In this document: positions 50,930 to 61,700 of the stretch, in pieces
Layout of the letters: the number at the start of each line of letters is the position of its first letter
Numbering within the stretch: position 1 is the first letter of the stretch
Source of the DNA: Odoribacter sp. OttesenSCG-928-L07
GTDB lineage: Bacteria; Bacteroidota; Bacteroidia; Bacteroidales; BM520
DNA: 63,393 bases
Direction of reading: 5' to 3'
Assembly (NCBI GenBank): GCA_030265965.1
Contig: JAJDHA010000001.1
Span: 1 to 63,393, forward strand
The notes under the pieces: generated by a model
Database searches by the model: none
What the model was told of the DNA's origin: nothing
What the model saw: the letters and a program-made list of their open reading frames with translations, nothing else
Made by a program: the position numbers and the translations under genes

Positions 50930-51454
50930 TTATCTGAAAGATTCATCATACACATTTTCAGAATCATATAAATCTTTATGATATATTGAAATAGAATCTT
51001 GTTCTTGAAGTATTGGGGAATATGGTTCATCAAAGATTGAAATAAATTCCTTTACAAAAAAGGATGCTTTAAAATCTTTATGAATATTATTTAGTAAATG
51101 TTCTGCATCAAGTCTGCTTCTGAAGTTACCAACTTTTACTCTGTAGTTTGGCGCTTTAAAAGTTACGTATGCCGGAATATCGGGAAAGAGTTTGTAAAAT
51201 GCTTCAGCAGCATCGTAAGCGCCTTGTTTTGAGTGGTTTCCTGAGTTAGAGTATATTTGTACTCTATAACCCATATAACCGGAATGATAAACATCATAAG
51301 TGAGTTTTTTATTCAAAATTGAAAAAAATTCCGGTTCCGCAATAACATTCACCTTTTCTTTAGAACCAATAGAACTTTGTCCGGATAATGGAATAACAAA
51401 ATTCAGAATTAATAATAATAATAAGATGTTTTTATAATTTGAATCTAATTGCAT
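50930..51454 (-). CDS. SPOR-domain protein
   Basis: GYRVQIY...F.APNYRVKVGNFRSRLDA; promoter at 51479-51486 implies start at ATG 51454. Confidence 0.85.
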   Translation of the reverse strand: MQLDSNYKNILLLLLILNFVIPLSGQSSIGSKEKVNVIAEPEFFSILNKKLTYDVYHSGYMGYRVQIYSNSGNHSKQGAYDAAEAFYKLFPDIPAYVTFKAPNYRVKVGNFRSRLDAEHLLNNIHKDFKASFFVKEFISIFDEPYSPILQEQDSISIYHKDLYDSENVYDESFR

Positions 51455-51564
51455 AAGTTGTAAATGAACGGTTTTTTGCAAAGGTAAATTAAAAAAAACT
51501 TTATTATGTATAAAAAATTAAAAAAAATATTGCAAATTGTAAAATAAAATGTTATTTTTGTACG

Positions 51565-51800
51565 ATTTTATTTTAGATATAAGATTGGTTTTCATTTTGA
51601 AATATATTTTTTAAAATGAAATTTTAAGAGTAACAATAATGGAGTACATATTATCGGGATAAATGCCGATAAAATGTTTCGTAATATGAGAGGTAAAGTT
51701 TATGAAATAATTAAAGAAAGTACTTTGTTATTGAGTGTAGTTTTCATATTTTTTGTGTTGTGAATTAAGGCGAACTAATTTTGTTCGCCTTAATTCTTTA
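51565..51800 (+). ncRNA. Candidate sRNA or attenuated ruvB leader
   Basis: Promoter TATTTTTG 51553-60; hairpins 51590-51621 and 51647-51676; 14-bp terminal stem 51762-51796; no ORF in the provided track. Confidence 0.45.
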
Positions 51801-51824
51801 ATAAATTAAAATAGATTGATGTAA

Positions 51825-52847
51825 ATGAATGATAATTTGAATGCGGATTCGGAGATATTATCTCAAAAAGATAAGAAATATGAAATTGCTTTAAGGCCTT
51901 GTGACTTTGAGAGTTTTTCCGGACAAGAAGCAATTATTGATAATCTGAAAGTTTTTTGTGCTGCTGCAAAACAACGCAACGAGCCTTTGGATCATGTGCT
52001 TTTGCACGGTCCTCCGGGATTAGGAAAAACAACTTTATCTTACATTATTGCTAATGAACTCGGTGTAAATCTGAGAGCTACATCTGGTCCTGTTTTGGAA
52101 AAACCGGGAAATCTTGCAGGGTTACTTACCAATCTCGAACCTCACGATGTTCTGTTTATTGATGAAATTCACAGATTGTCGCCAATAACCGAAGAATACC
52201 TATATTCTGCAATGGAAGATTATAAAATAGATATTATGATTGATACCGGAGCAAATAGCAGGAGCATTCAAATAAGTCTTAATCCGTTTACTCTTGTTGG
52301 TGCAACAACTCGCTCAGGATTGCTTACTGCTCCGCTGAGATCGCGTTTCGGGATTACTTCACGATTAAATTATTACGATTCTAAAACTTTATCTAAGATT
52401 TTGTTGAGATCAGCAAATCTTCTTGATATTGAAATTGAAAATGATGCCGCTTATGAAATCGCACGACGCAGCAGAGGTACACCACGAATAGCCAACTTGT
52501 TGCTTAGAAGAGTTCGAGATTTTGCTCAAATTAAAGGTACAGGAATTATTGATATGGATATTGCTAAAAAAGCCCTGCTCGCTCTTAATGTCGATCTTAA
52601 TGGTTTGGATGAAATGGATAATAAGATATTATCAACAATTATAGAAAAATTTGGCGGCGGACCTGTTGGAATTTCAACAATTGCAACGGCTGTTTCTGAA
52701 GATGCAGGTACAATAGAAGAAGTTTACGAGCCTTTCTTGATACAAGAAGGTTATCTCATTAGAACACCACGCGGACGACAAGCTACTGAGTTGGCTTATA
52801 CGCATTTTGGTAAAAGTCCGTTTAATCGTGATGGGGGATTGTTTTAG
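51825..52847 (+). CDS. ruvB: Holliday junction helicase RuvB
   Basis: [42 protein letters not shown]. Confidence 0.97.
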   Translation: MNDNLNADSEILSQKDKKYEIALRPCDFESFSGQEAIIDNLKVFCAAAKQRNEPLDHVLLHGPPGLGKTTLSYIIANELGVNLRATSGPVLEKPGNLAGLLTNLEPHDVLFIDEIHRLSPITEEYLYSAMEDYKIDIMIDTGANSRSIQISLNPFTLVGATTRSGLLTAPLRSRFGITSRLNYYDSKTLSKILLRSANLLDIEIENDAAYEIARRSRGTPRIANLLLRRVRDFAQIKGTGIIDMDIAKKALLALNVDLNGLDEMDNKILSTIIEKFGGGPVGISTIATAVSEDAGTIEEVYEPFLIQEGYLIRTPRGRQATELAYTHFGKSPFNRDGGLF

Positions 52848-52877
52848 TTCAAGGTTTGAGTTGGGGGATAATTATAC

Positions 52878-52949
52878 TGTCTTTTTGTCATAAAAATTAA
52901 TTACAATAATGCCATTTTGTCATAAATTTTAGCTTGGTATATTGTTTGT
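52878..52949 (+). promoter_or_regulatory. Sigma54-type promoter with two upstream boxes
   Basis: TGGTATATTGTTTGT (52935-49) fits TGGCACG-N4-TTGC spacing; TGTCTTTTTGTCATAAA (52878-94) and TGCCATTTTGTCATAAA (52910-26). Confidence 0.6.
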
Positions 52950-53024
52950 TTAAGCGTCATGAAAATAAAAGTTTAAAACAAATAATAAAAAATAATAATC
53001 TAAAATTTTAACAAGGAGGCAATT

Positions 53025-53450
53025 ATGAGAATCGCAAAAGTAAATGATCAATCAGATTTAACAAGAGTATTTGATGATTTTTTCAACACAGGCATGGATC
53101 GTATTAAAAATTTTTACGCACCATCAGTAAATATTTCCGAAGAGGAAAAGGAATATACCATTGAAGTAGCTGCACCGGGCAAAGAAAAAAGTGATTTCAA
53201 TGTAAGTTTATTTGATAATGTTTTAACAATTTCTTCTACTTCTGAAAACAAATCAGAAGAAAAACAAAGTACAGATAAAAATTACATTCATCAAGAGTAC
53301 AGCTATAGCGCTTTCGAAAGATCTTTCGTATTATCAGATGATATTGATCAAGAGAATATAGACGCTAAATATGACAAAGGGGTGTTGAATATAACATTAC
53401 CTAAGAAAGAAATAGCACAGAAGAAGAATAAAAGTATTGCTATTTCATAA
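53025..53450 (+). CDS. Hsp20/alpha-crystallin small heat-shock protein
   Basis: PSVNISE, IEVAAPG, F.RSFVL, IDAKYDKGVLNITLPK. Confidence 0.93.
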   Translation: MRIAKVNDQSDLTRVFDDFFNTGMDRIKNFYAPSVNISEEEKEYTIEVAAPGKEKSDFNVSLFDNVLTISSTSENKSEEKQSTDKNYIHQEYSYSAFERSFVLSDDIDQENIDAKYDKGVLNITLPKKEIAQKKNKSIAIS

Positions 53451-53473
53451 TCATTAATTTTCTTATTACACAG

Positions 53474-53507
53474 AAAAAGCCGTTAGATCCCCTCTAACGG
53501 CTTTTTT
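53474..53507. terminator. Bidirectional terminator
   Basis: AAAAAGCCGTTAGA-N5-TCTAACGGCTTTTTT between convergent genes. Confidence 0.88.
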
Positions 53508-53529
53508 GATGTTTCAAACTTTAAATATT

Positions 53530-54396
53530 TTAAGCTAATTCTTGATCGATTTCTTCGCGAACTTTGGTTGCGATATCATTATCTACCAAGATTCTACCAC
53601 AAAATTCACATACAATAATTTTTTTGTGCATCTTAATATCGAGTTGGCGTTGCGGTGGAATTTTATTAAAACATCCGGCGCAAGCATCACGTTCAATTGG
53701 AACAACTGCTAAACCGTTGCGAACATTTTGACGAATTCTTGTATAAGCATTCAACAAGCGATCTTCAATATAACCTTCATGAGTTTTTGATAAAGCAATT
53801 AAAGCTTCTTCGTCGTTGATAGTTTCTTGGATAATGCTGTCAAGTTCCGATTTTTTTACTTTTAAATCTTCACGTATTTGTTGCAAAGTCTTCTCAGCAA
53901 CATCAATATTTGCTTGCAGTCTTTCAATTGTTAAGGTATTTTCCTTGATTCTTTTTTCCGCAAGTTGAATTTCAAGTGTTTGATATTCTATTTCTTTATT
54001 GATAGAGTCGTATTCACGATTATTTCTAATAAGTTTATTTTGACTTTCATACTTTTTAATCAACTCATTAGATTCTTCTATTTTGTTTTTTTGTTCACTT
54101 ATTGAAGTCTGACATTTAACAATCTCAGATTTACTGTTATTAACGCGTGTTTGTAATCCTTCGATTTCATCTTCAAGGTCTTGTACCTCAATAGGAAGTT
54201 CGCCTCTGACGATTCTTATTTCATCAATTTTAGAATCGATTAATTGCAAGCCATATAAAGATTCAAGTTTCTTTTCAATTGTAACTTCTTGACTGTTTTG
54301 AACCTCACTATTTTGTTTTTTTGCAGTATTTTTTTCAGGATTTTTATTGTTTTCTTCAAGATTTTTATTTTCCTCAACGACTTTTTTCTTTGCCAT
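53530..54396 (-). CDS. Coiled-coil protein with C4 zinc ribbon (DUF164-like)
   Basis: LQLIDSKID..RGELP, long coiled coil, CAGCFNKIPPQ...CEFCGRIL. Confidence 0.88.
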   Translation of the reverse strand: MAKKKVVEENKNLEENNKNPEKNTAKKQNSEVQNSQEVTIEKKLESLYGLQLIDSKIDEIRIVRGELPIEVQDLEDEIEGLQTRVNNSKSEIVKCQTSISEQKNKIEESNELIKKYESQNKLIRNNREYDSINKEIEYQTLEIQLAEKRIKENTLTIERLQANIDVAEKTLQQIREDLKVKKSELDSIIQETINDEEALIALSKTHEGYIEDRLLNAYTRIRQNVRNGLAVVPIERDACAGCFNKIPPQRQLDIKMHKKIIVCEFCGRILVDNDIATKVREEIDQELA

Positions 54397-54559
54397 ATTC
54401 TATAAGTGTTTTATTAATAATAATTTATGAAAGTAGAATTAGATATCACAAATTCTTGCAAAAGTAAGATTTTTTTTCCACAAAAAGAATTTTTTTTTAA
54501 ATTTTTATCATAACTTTGCAGGGTGTTGATTAAAATAATGATATTGACAAAATTTTATC

Positions 54560-55630
54560 GTGAGTTATAAAAGATTATATCTATATCCAGCAGCTTTAAT
54601 ATACGGATTTATCATTCGCGCACGAAATGCATTTTTTAATTGGGGTTTGTTCAAACAAATTAATCATAAAAATGTATTTGTTATCGGTGTTGGAAATCTT
54701 ACTACCGGCGGAACGGGAAAAACTCCGATGGTTGAATATTTAATTAGAAAATTAAGTAACAACTATAAAGTTGTTGTTCTTAGTCGCGGATACGGAAGAA
54801 AAAGCAGAGGCTTTCGGTTGGTAACACCTTCTGACACAATTCAAAATTCTGGCGATGAACCCTTACAAATTGCTACAAAATTTGAAAATATTAAAGTTGT
54901 GGTACAGGAAGATCGTAATGCGGGAATAAAAAATATTATGAAAAAAATTCCTGATACGGAAATAATTCTTCTTGATGATTCTTTCCAACACAGGAAAGTG
55001 AAGCCTGATATCAACATACTGCTTACAGATTATTTTGACTTATATGCAAACGATTTCTTATTGCCTGTAGGTGGACTTAGAGAGCATAAACATGAAGCTA
55101 AACGTGCTGATGTGGTCATCGTTACTAAGTGTGACAAATTCATATCGCCAATTACAAAAAGATATTTCAAAGAAACTTTAAATTTATTAGAACATCAAAG
55201 ATTATTAACATCATATATTGTTTATGAAGATTTAAAGCATTATGAAAAATCTATTCCGTTTAATTTTGACAAGAAAAAATATACTACAGCAATATGTTTT
55301 TCAGGAATTGCGAATAATTATTGGTTTATTAATGAAATGAAAAATATTTTTTCGGATATAGAAATATTTGAATTTGGGGATCATCACAATTATTCTGTCA
55401 AAGAAATAAAAAAGATTGTACAAAAGTTTAAAGACAATTACGGTAATCGAAAAGTTGTTGTAACTACGGAAAAAGATTTAATGCGATTGAAAAACAAGAA
55501 ATTTGAATCAATCTTAAAAGAAATACCGCTTTTTTATCTACCGATAAAAACAGAATTTCACGATTCTCAGGGTGATGAACTGATAAAAATAATCAAAGAA
55601 AAACTACTCGTCAAAGTCCAAAACAGTTAA
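54560..55630 (+). CDS. lpxK: Tetraacyldisaccharide 4'-kinase
   Basis: VGNLTTGGTGKTP, LSRGYGR, GDEP, LDDSFQHR, LLPVGGLRE, TTEKD. Confidence 0.95.
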   Translation: MSYKRLYLYPAALIYGFIIRARNAFFNWGLFKQINHKNVFVIGVGNLTTGGTGKTPMVEYLIRKLSNNYKVVVLSRGYGRKSRGFRLVTPSDTIQNSGDEPLQIATKFENIKVVVQEDRNAGIKNIMKKIPDTEIILLDDSFQHRKVKPDINILLTDYFDLYANDFLLPVGGLREHKHEAKRADVVIVTKCDKFISPITKRYFKETLNLLEHQRLLTSYIVYEDLKHYEKSIPFNFDKKKYTTAICFSGIANNYWFINEMKNIFSDIEIFEFGDHHNYSVKEIKKIVQKFKDNYGNRKVVVTTEKDLMRLKNKKFESILKEIPLFYLPIKTEFHDSQGDELIKIIKEKLLVKVQNS

Positions 55631-56107
55631 ACTGTATTTCCAAGGTTTATCTAAATGATATTTTCTTTTATTAAGTGGTGTAACTGCCGCGGCGGCTGCC
55701 ATAAGAGATATTGGTACAACATAATCGGCTGTTGACATTTCTGTCCCTTCTTGGGTTATCAATGCATTAATACCCGTAAGTCCAAGATAAATTGCACCTG
55801 CACCACCTACTGCAGGTTGAAGAAGCTGAATTACCCTTCTATCAACAAAAACCTTTGTAATCTTAGAAATTTCATACTCATTAGAATAATTTACAATAAT
55901 TATATCATCCTCAATCACATTGATCTTTCCTCTAACTTTAATGCAAATATCATTATCACAGTATTTGAAAGATATTTCATCTCCAACGAAATATTTAGCA
56001 TTATATTTAGTGCCGTTTTTTTTCACCAATATCATTTTTTGTGACATCGCAGGCAAGGTAAAAAGCATTAATAATAACACAATACATATATGCAACTTAT
56101 TATTCAT
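55604..56107 (-). CDS. Hypothetical secreted/membrane protein
   Basis: Signal peptide plus two hydrophobic Gly/Ala segments; promoter 56128-56135. Confidence 0.6.
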   Translation of the reverse strand: MNNKLHICIVLLLMLFTLPAMSQKMILVKKNGTKYNAKYFVGDEISFKYCDNDICIKVRGKINVIEDDIIIVNYSNEYEISKITKVFVDRRVIQLLQPAVGGAGAIYLGLTGINALITQEGTEMSTADYVVPISLMAAAAAVTPLNKRKYHLDKPWKYSLTVLDFDE

Positions 56108-56196
56108 ACGATTCTAATTATATTCGACAAAGATAGCATTTTTTTATTTGCAAAATAACAGCTATCTTTGAAGCGAAAAAATTATTATGATTTTTT

Positions 56197-56967
56197 ATGT
56201 CGATTGATCAAAAAAAATATTACTTTCTGTCTGATTTTCATCTTGGTATCCCCGATAACAAAAGTTCGAGAGAAAGAGAGATAATACTTATAAATTGGTT
56301 TAATGAAGTAAAAACCGATGCAAAAGAAATATATATCTTAGGTGATATATTCGATTTTTGGTTTGAATACTCTAAGGTAGTACCAAAAGGTTATGTAAGG
56401 TTTCTTGCAAAGCTGGCTGAACTGATTGAATCAGGCGTGAAAATTCATGTTTTTCATGGAAATCACGATCTTTGGGAATTTAAATATTTACGCGATGAAA
56501 TAGGTGTTATATACCATCGCAAACCTGAAACAATAGAATGTAACGGTAAAAAAATTCACTTGGCTCACGGCGACGGATTAGGTCCTGATGATATCTTCTA
56601 TAAATTATTATTAAGAATTTTTGAAGGAAAATTCAATCAATTTTTATTCAAATGGATTCATCCCGATTTAGGAATACGATTCGCATTGAGTTTATCAAAC
56701 AAGCATAGATATATAAAACGTCATGAAAGAGGTAAAGACATACAAATCAATCTCGACAATGAATTACTATATAAATATGCCCTTGAAAAAAATAAAGATA
56801 ATACTGAAATCGATTACTTTATTTTTGGTCATAGACATATTCCAATCATTGCTGATATTCCCGACAGCAAAGCTAAGTTTGCATTACTGGGCGATTGGAT
56901 GACTCATTATACTTATTGTATTGTTGATGAATCGGGAAATTTAACTTTAAATAAATTCATTTCTTAA
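56197..56967 (+). CDS. lpxH: UDP-2,3-diacylglucosamine diphosphatase
   Basis: SDFHLG, GDIFDFWFEY, GNHD, HGDG, GHRH, LGDW. Confidence 0.88.
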   Translation: MSIDQKKYYFLSDFHLGIPDNKSSREREIILINWFNEVKTDAKEIYILGDIFDFWFEYSKVVPKGYVRFLAKLAELIESGVKIHVFHGNHDLWEFKYLRDEIGVIYHRKPETIECNGKKIHLAHGDGLGPDDIFYKLLLRIFEGKFNQFLFKWIHPDLGIRFALSLSNKHRYIKRHERGKDIQINLDNELLYKYALEKNKDNTEIDYFIFGHRHIPIIADIPDSKAKFALLGDWMTHYTYCIVDESGNLTLNKFIS

Positions 56968-56981
56968 TAAAAGGTCTAAAT

Positions 56982-57548
56982 ATGAATACATTACTTGTTG
57001 TTGATGTGCAAAATGATTTTCTTCCGGGAGGACAATTGGGCATTAATAATGCAGATTCAATAATAGAAAAAATCAATGAAATTACAAAACTTTTTGATTA
57101 TTGTATTTTTACTAAAGATTGGCACCCAGCTAATCATTCGAGCTTTATAAACATTTGGCCAAAGCATTGTATTCAATATAGCTCAGGCGCTGAATTTTCT
57201 AAAAACTTAATTGTTCCCAAAGATGCAATAATAATATACAAAGGAATGGATAATGTAATTGATTCGTATTCCGCCTTTTTCGACAATGATAAAACTTCTG
57301 AAACACCTCTTAACAGTATATTATTAAGTAAAAAAGTTGATACTATATATATTTGTGGATTAGCAACCGATTATTGTGTAAAATATTCTGTAATGGATGC
57401 TTTGTCGTTAGGATATAAAACTTACGTTATTGCAGATCTTACCAGAGCAGTTAATGTTTGTCCAAATGATTATGAAACAGCAATAGAAGAAATGAAAAAT
57501 GCAGGTGCAATAATTGTTACATCCGATGATTTAAAACTCAACAAATAA
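56982..57548 (+). CDS. pncA: Nicotinamidase/pyrazinamidase
   Basis: VDVQNDFLPGG, DWHP..H, WPKHC, DSYSAF, GLATDYCV. Confidence 0.93.
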   Translation: MNTLLVVDVQNDFLPGGQLGINNADSIIEKINEITKLFDYCIFTKDWHPANHSSFINIWPKHCIQYSSGAEFSKNLIVPKDAIIIYKGMDNVIDSYSAFFDNDKTSETPLNSILLSKKVDTIYICGLATDYCVKYSVMDALSLGYKTYVIADLTRAVNVCPNDYETAIEEMKNAGAIIVTSDDLKLNK

Positions 57549-57558
57549 AATCAAGAAA

Positions 57559-58722
57559 ATGATTAAATCAATATTAGACAATGATTTTTACAAATTTACG
57601 ATGCAAAAAGCAACGATAAATTTATTTCCGCGCGCAATAGTTAAATATGAGTTTATTAATAGAGCAGGAACGTTATTTCCTGACGGATTCGACAAAATTT
57701 TAATGGAGAATATCAAAGAAATGCGCAGTATAAAACTCACTAAGGATGAAAAAGATTACCTAATTTCGAGATGTTACTTTTTAGATCCGGCATATATCGA
57801 CTTCCTTGCCGGTTATCGTTTCGACCCTGACGAAGTAACCGTAACTTGTATTGATGGAAAATTAGAAATAAGTATTATTGGATATTGGTATAGAGCAATT
57901 TTATGGGAGATACCACTAATGGCTTTAGTCTCAGAATTGTATTTTAATATTTTAGGAGAACCGATACTGCCAGAAAATGAAATTCAAAAAAATGCGGAAG
58001 AGAAAATGAAATTCTATGAATCTCTCTGTGTTCGTGTTTCTGATTTTGGTACTCGCCGTAGATATTCATATAATAATCATGATAAAATAATTCAAACTCT
58101 AATAAAATTCTCTGACTCAACTTTCTTAGGCACTTCTAATGTGCATTTTGCTCAAAAATATAATGTTAGCCCAATGGGAACTCAAGCACATGAATGGTTT
58201 ATGTTTCATGCAGCAAAATACGGATTTAAAATGGCAACTAAATTTGCACTTGAACATTGGATAGATATTTATCGCGGCGATCTCGGAATTGCGCTCTCGG
58301 ATACTTTTACAACAGATCTTTTTTACCTTTATTTTGATACAAAGTTTGCAAAATTATTCGACGGTGTACGCCACGATTCCGGCGACCCAATCGTGTTCGC
58401 AGAAAAAACAATCAATCATTATAAAAAACTCGGTATTGATCCTACTACAAAATCAATTGTTTTCTCCGATTCGTTAACCCCGGAAAGAGTAAAAGAAATT
58501 CGCGATTATTGCTCGGGGAAAATTAGATTCTCATTCGGAATAGGAACTAACTTTACTAACGATGTTGGTGTTACACCTTTAAATATCGTTATCAAAATGA
58601 CAGAAGCTAAACCTGAAGGTAGAAATTGGGTAAATACAATAAAATTATCTGACGAAGCAAGCAAAAATACCGGCGATCCATATACAATCGACCTCTGTAA
58701 AAGAGTTATTGAAATACATTAA
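57559..58722 (+). CDS. pncB: Nicotinate phosphoribosyltransferase
   Basis: LDNDFYKFTM, DFGTRRR, GTSNV, GTQAHEW, RHDSGDP, FGIGTN, KLSD. Confidence 0.95.
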   Translation: MIKSILDNDFYKFTMQKATINLFPRAIVKYEFINRAGTLFPDGFDKILMENIKEMRSIKLTKDEKDYLISRCYFLDPAYIDFLAGYRFDPDEVTVTCIDGKLEISIIGYWYRAILWEIPLMALVSELYFNILGEPILPENEIQKNAEEKMKFYESLCVRVSDFGTRRRYSYNNHDKIIQTLIKFSDSTFLGTSNVHFAQKYNVSPMGTQAHEWFMFHAAKYGFKMATKFALEHWIDIYRGDLGIALSDTFTTDLFYLYFDTKFAKLFDGVRHDSGDPIVFAEKTINHYKKLGIDPTTKSIVFSDSLTPERVKEIRDYCSGKIRFSFGIGTNFTNDVGVTPLNIVIKMTEAKPEGRNWVNTIKLSDEASKNTGDPYTIDLCKRVIEIH

Positions 58723-58729
58723 AACAATA

Positions 58730-61700
58730 ATGAAAAAATTATTTTCAATAATTGCTTTTTTGTTTTGTGCATTATTATTTTATGGACAAGATTCTGAAGT
58801 GTTATTTTCTCCGAGTAATGACCTGAATTTGCAATTCAATTCTTATATCGAAAATATTGGGAAAGATTTTACAAAAGAAGATATTCAAAATATAAAGACA
58901 AACTTTTCACAAATCATAAGTAACAATAAATTCAATTATTTTTTTGAAGAACAATTATGCAATTCATTAAATTGTCTCAAAATAAATAATACATCCTTTC
59001 CTATTATTAAGGTTTTTATATCTGCCTATTTGAATATGTTGAACAGCAATTTCAACGAGAAAGATTGTGAAAACTGGACAAGAGCAATTTGCAGCATTAA
59101 TCCGAATTTGCAACTATTTAATCTTTGGGAGGAACTTTTTGCAAATTATACAGTAAGCATTACTTCCTTCGGCAAATGGCAAGTTTTAAATTCAGCAAAA
59201 ATGGAATTAGTTTACAATAATGATGCTCCGCATATTGTTTTTGAAAAAGGAATGTTAACATGTCCGTTGAATGATAGTATTAAAATTCATGACTGTTCCG
59301 GAAAGATTAATCTTATTTCAAAAGAGTTTACCGGCATTCATGGTTTCATTTATTGGGAAAAGGCAGGAATGAATAGAGATTCTGTTTTTGCTGAATTACC
59401 TGCAACATACAAATTAACTCTTGATAATATTACAATTACTGTAGAAGCTGCCAAATTATACCACAAAAAGTACTTCTCAGGTAATGCTTTGTTAGGAAAG
59501 GTTACAGACAGATGCATTCAAGGTACTAACGAAGCGAATGCGAGATATCCGAAGTTTAATGTTTATTCTGAAAACCCAGTATTAATACAAAATATTTATC
59601 CTAATATTAATTATTTTGGTGGATTTGAATTAGAAGGAAGTCAAATAATAGGTTCAAACAATAAAAATCTTGATGCGGAAATCACTATTCAACACAATGG
59701 TAAAAAAAGTGTTGTATTGAAATCAAAACATTTTAATTTAAAAAAGGATAGTTTTGCTGCAAGTGAAACAAACTTTAAACTTATTACAGCAAAAGATACT
59801 ATTTCACATTCCAACGCAAGTGCTAAATATTCTCTGAAAAACAATGAATTGGAAATAATTCGTGACCCCAAAAAGAGGGGAGGCGCTCCCTTTTCCAGCA
59901 CTTACCACAAACTAAATATTTATTGTGATTATGTGAATTGGAAACTTGGAAGTGATGAAATAAGATTTACGTCCGGAACATCCATTGTTAAAGAAGGAAA
60001 AGCATTCTTCGAATCAAAAAATTTCTTTTCAAAAGATAGATTTCGCCAATTTGAAGCTGCCGACGGAACTAATTCAATCATTCAACTTGTTAAATTCACA
60101 AGAAAAAAATCTGATATTTTTTATCTTTACGAATATGCTGAATTCTGTAAAAAAGGTGAGGATCAGGTGAAAACAAGCTTGTTGCTTATGTCAAATTTGG
60201 AACTCTTAGATTATGACTTGGAAAACGACAGAATTACAGTTAATAAAAAATTGTACGATTATGTTGCTGCGTATAGTGAGAATAGAGATTATGATATTAT
60301 AAGCATTTTTTCTGATGTAAAAGGAATAGATAATGCTGTTTTAGATTATAATACAGACTTATTAACTATTAGTGGAGTTAGTAAAATAGTGTTTAGCGAA
60401 AAAAATAATGTAATCTTATATCCATCTGATAACAAAATAAATGTTCTTGATGAACTTACCTTAGAATATGGTGGTTATTTGCAAGCTGGATTAGTGGATT
60501 TTTATGTACAATCAGGAACTTTCGATTATCATAATTTTAAAATGAAGTTAACGCAAATCGATTCGATGAGCTTTTTCGTTAATACTGAAGAACTTGACCA
60601 GTATGGGAAACCAATTGTTTCAAAAGTAAACAGTCCTATCCAAAATCTTTCAGGAATACTTGAGATAAATAAGATTTTCAATAAATCAGGTAATTTAGAT
60701 TATCCGGAATATCCGATTTTCACATGTGATGATTTTGCACATATCTATTATGATGATCAAGATGGTTGTTATCAGGCTTATAACAGAGATGAATTTTATT
60801 TTCAGGTTGAGCCGTTTGCCATAAATAATATGCAAGATTTCTTGCCTAATAATCTTTCATTAGAAGGAGAATTTGTTTCCGCAGGAATCTTTCCGAACTT
60901 CAAGGAAAAAGCTACAATAATGCCAGATCTTTCATTAGGATTTATCCATCAAACCCCGCCGGAAGGTTATCCGATGTATGGTGGAAAAGGTAAATTCTTT
61001 AATACAATTGTTTTAGGTAATGGTTGCTTGAAAGGTCAAGGTAGAATTGATTATATTACAGCATCATTAAAATCTGAAGATTTCGCAATTTATCCGGATT
61101 CTGTAATTGCTGTTGTCGAGCATTTAAATATTAATGAACTTGTTTCTACTGTTGAATATCCTCAAGTAGCTGGTAATACATCAACAATGTTTTGGAATGT
61201 TAATGAAAACTTTATGGATTTCAATACAGTTTCAGGCGAGCCGTATTACTTTTTTAATAACTTCATAAGTCTGGAAGGCAACCTATTATATTCTCCGGAA
61301 TATTTAAAAGGGAATGGAATTATTAACAAAGATAATGGAATAATTATTTCTAATGATTTTGAATTTAAGGCACAAAGTTTTTATGCTGATTCATCACATT
61401 TTCAATTATATCTTCCCGGAAATAAATATTTGGCAATTGAAGTAGATAATTATAATGCGTCTTTAAATGTAAATAATCAATCGGTAAACTTTAATGCTAA
61501 TAATAAAGATAGTTGTGGATTATATTTTAAAGAAAATGCTTATTTTGTTGAATATGACAAATTTGAATGGAAAATCAACGAAAACTCTTTAATCTTAGGA
61601 GATAAAGATTTTCAATCGCAGATCTTAACAGATTCCTCATTAAATAATATTATTAACTCAAATGTAGAAGCATATCTTGCAACTTCATTAAGTAAAAAGA

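Noticed and set aside
1495-60170. Numerous 60-150 aa alternative-frame ORFs in the track
   Set aside because: They overlap well-supported genes and show no recognisable motifs.
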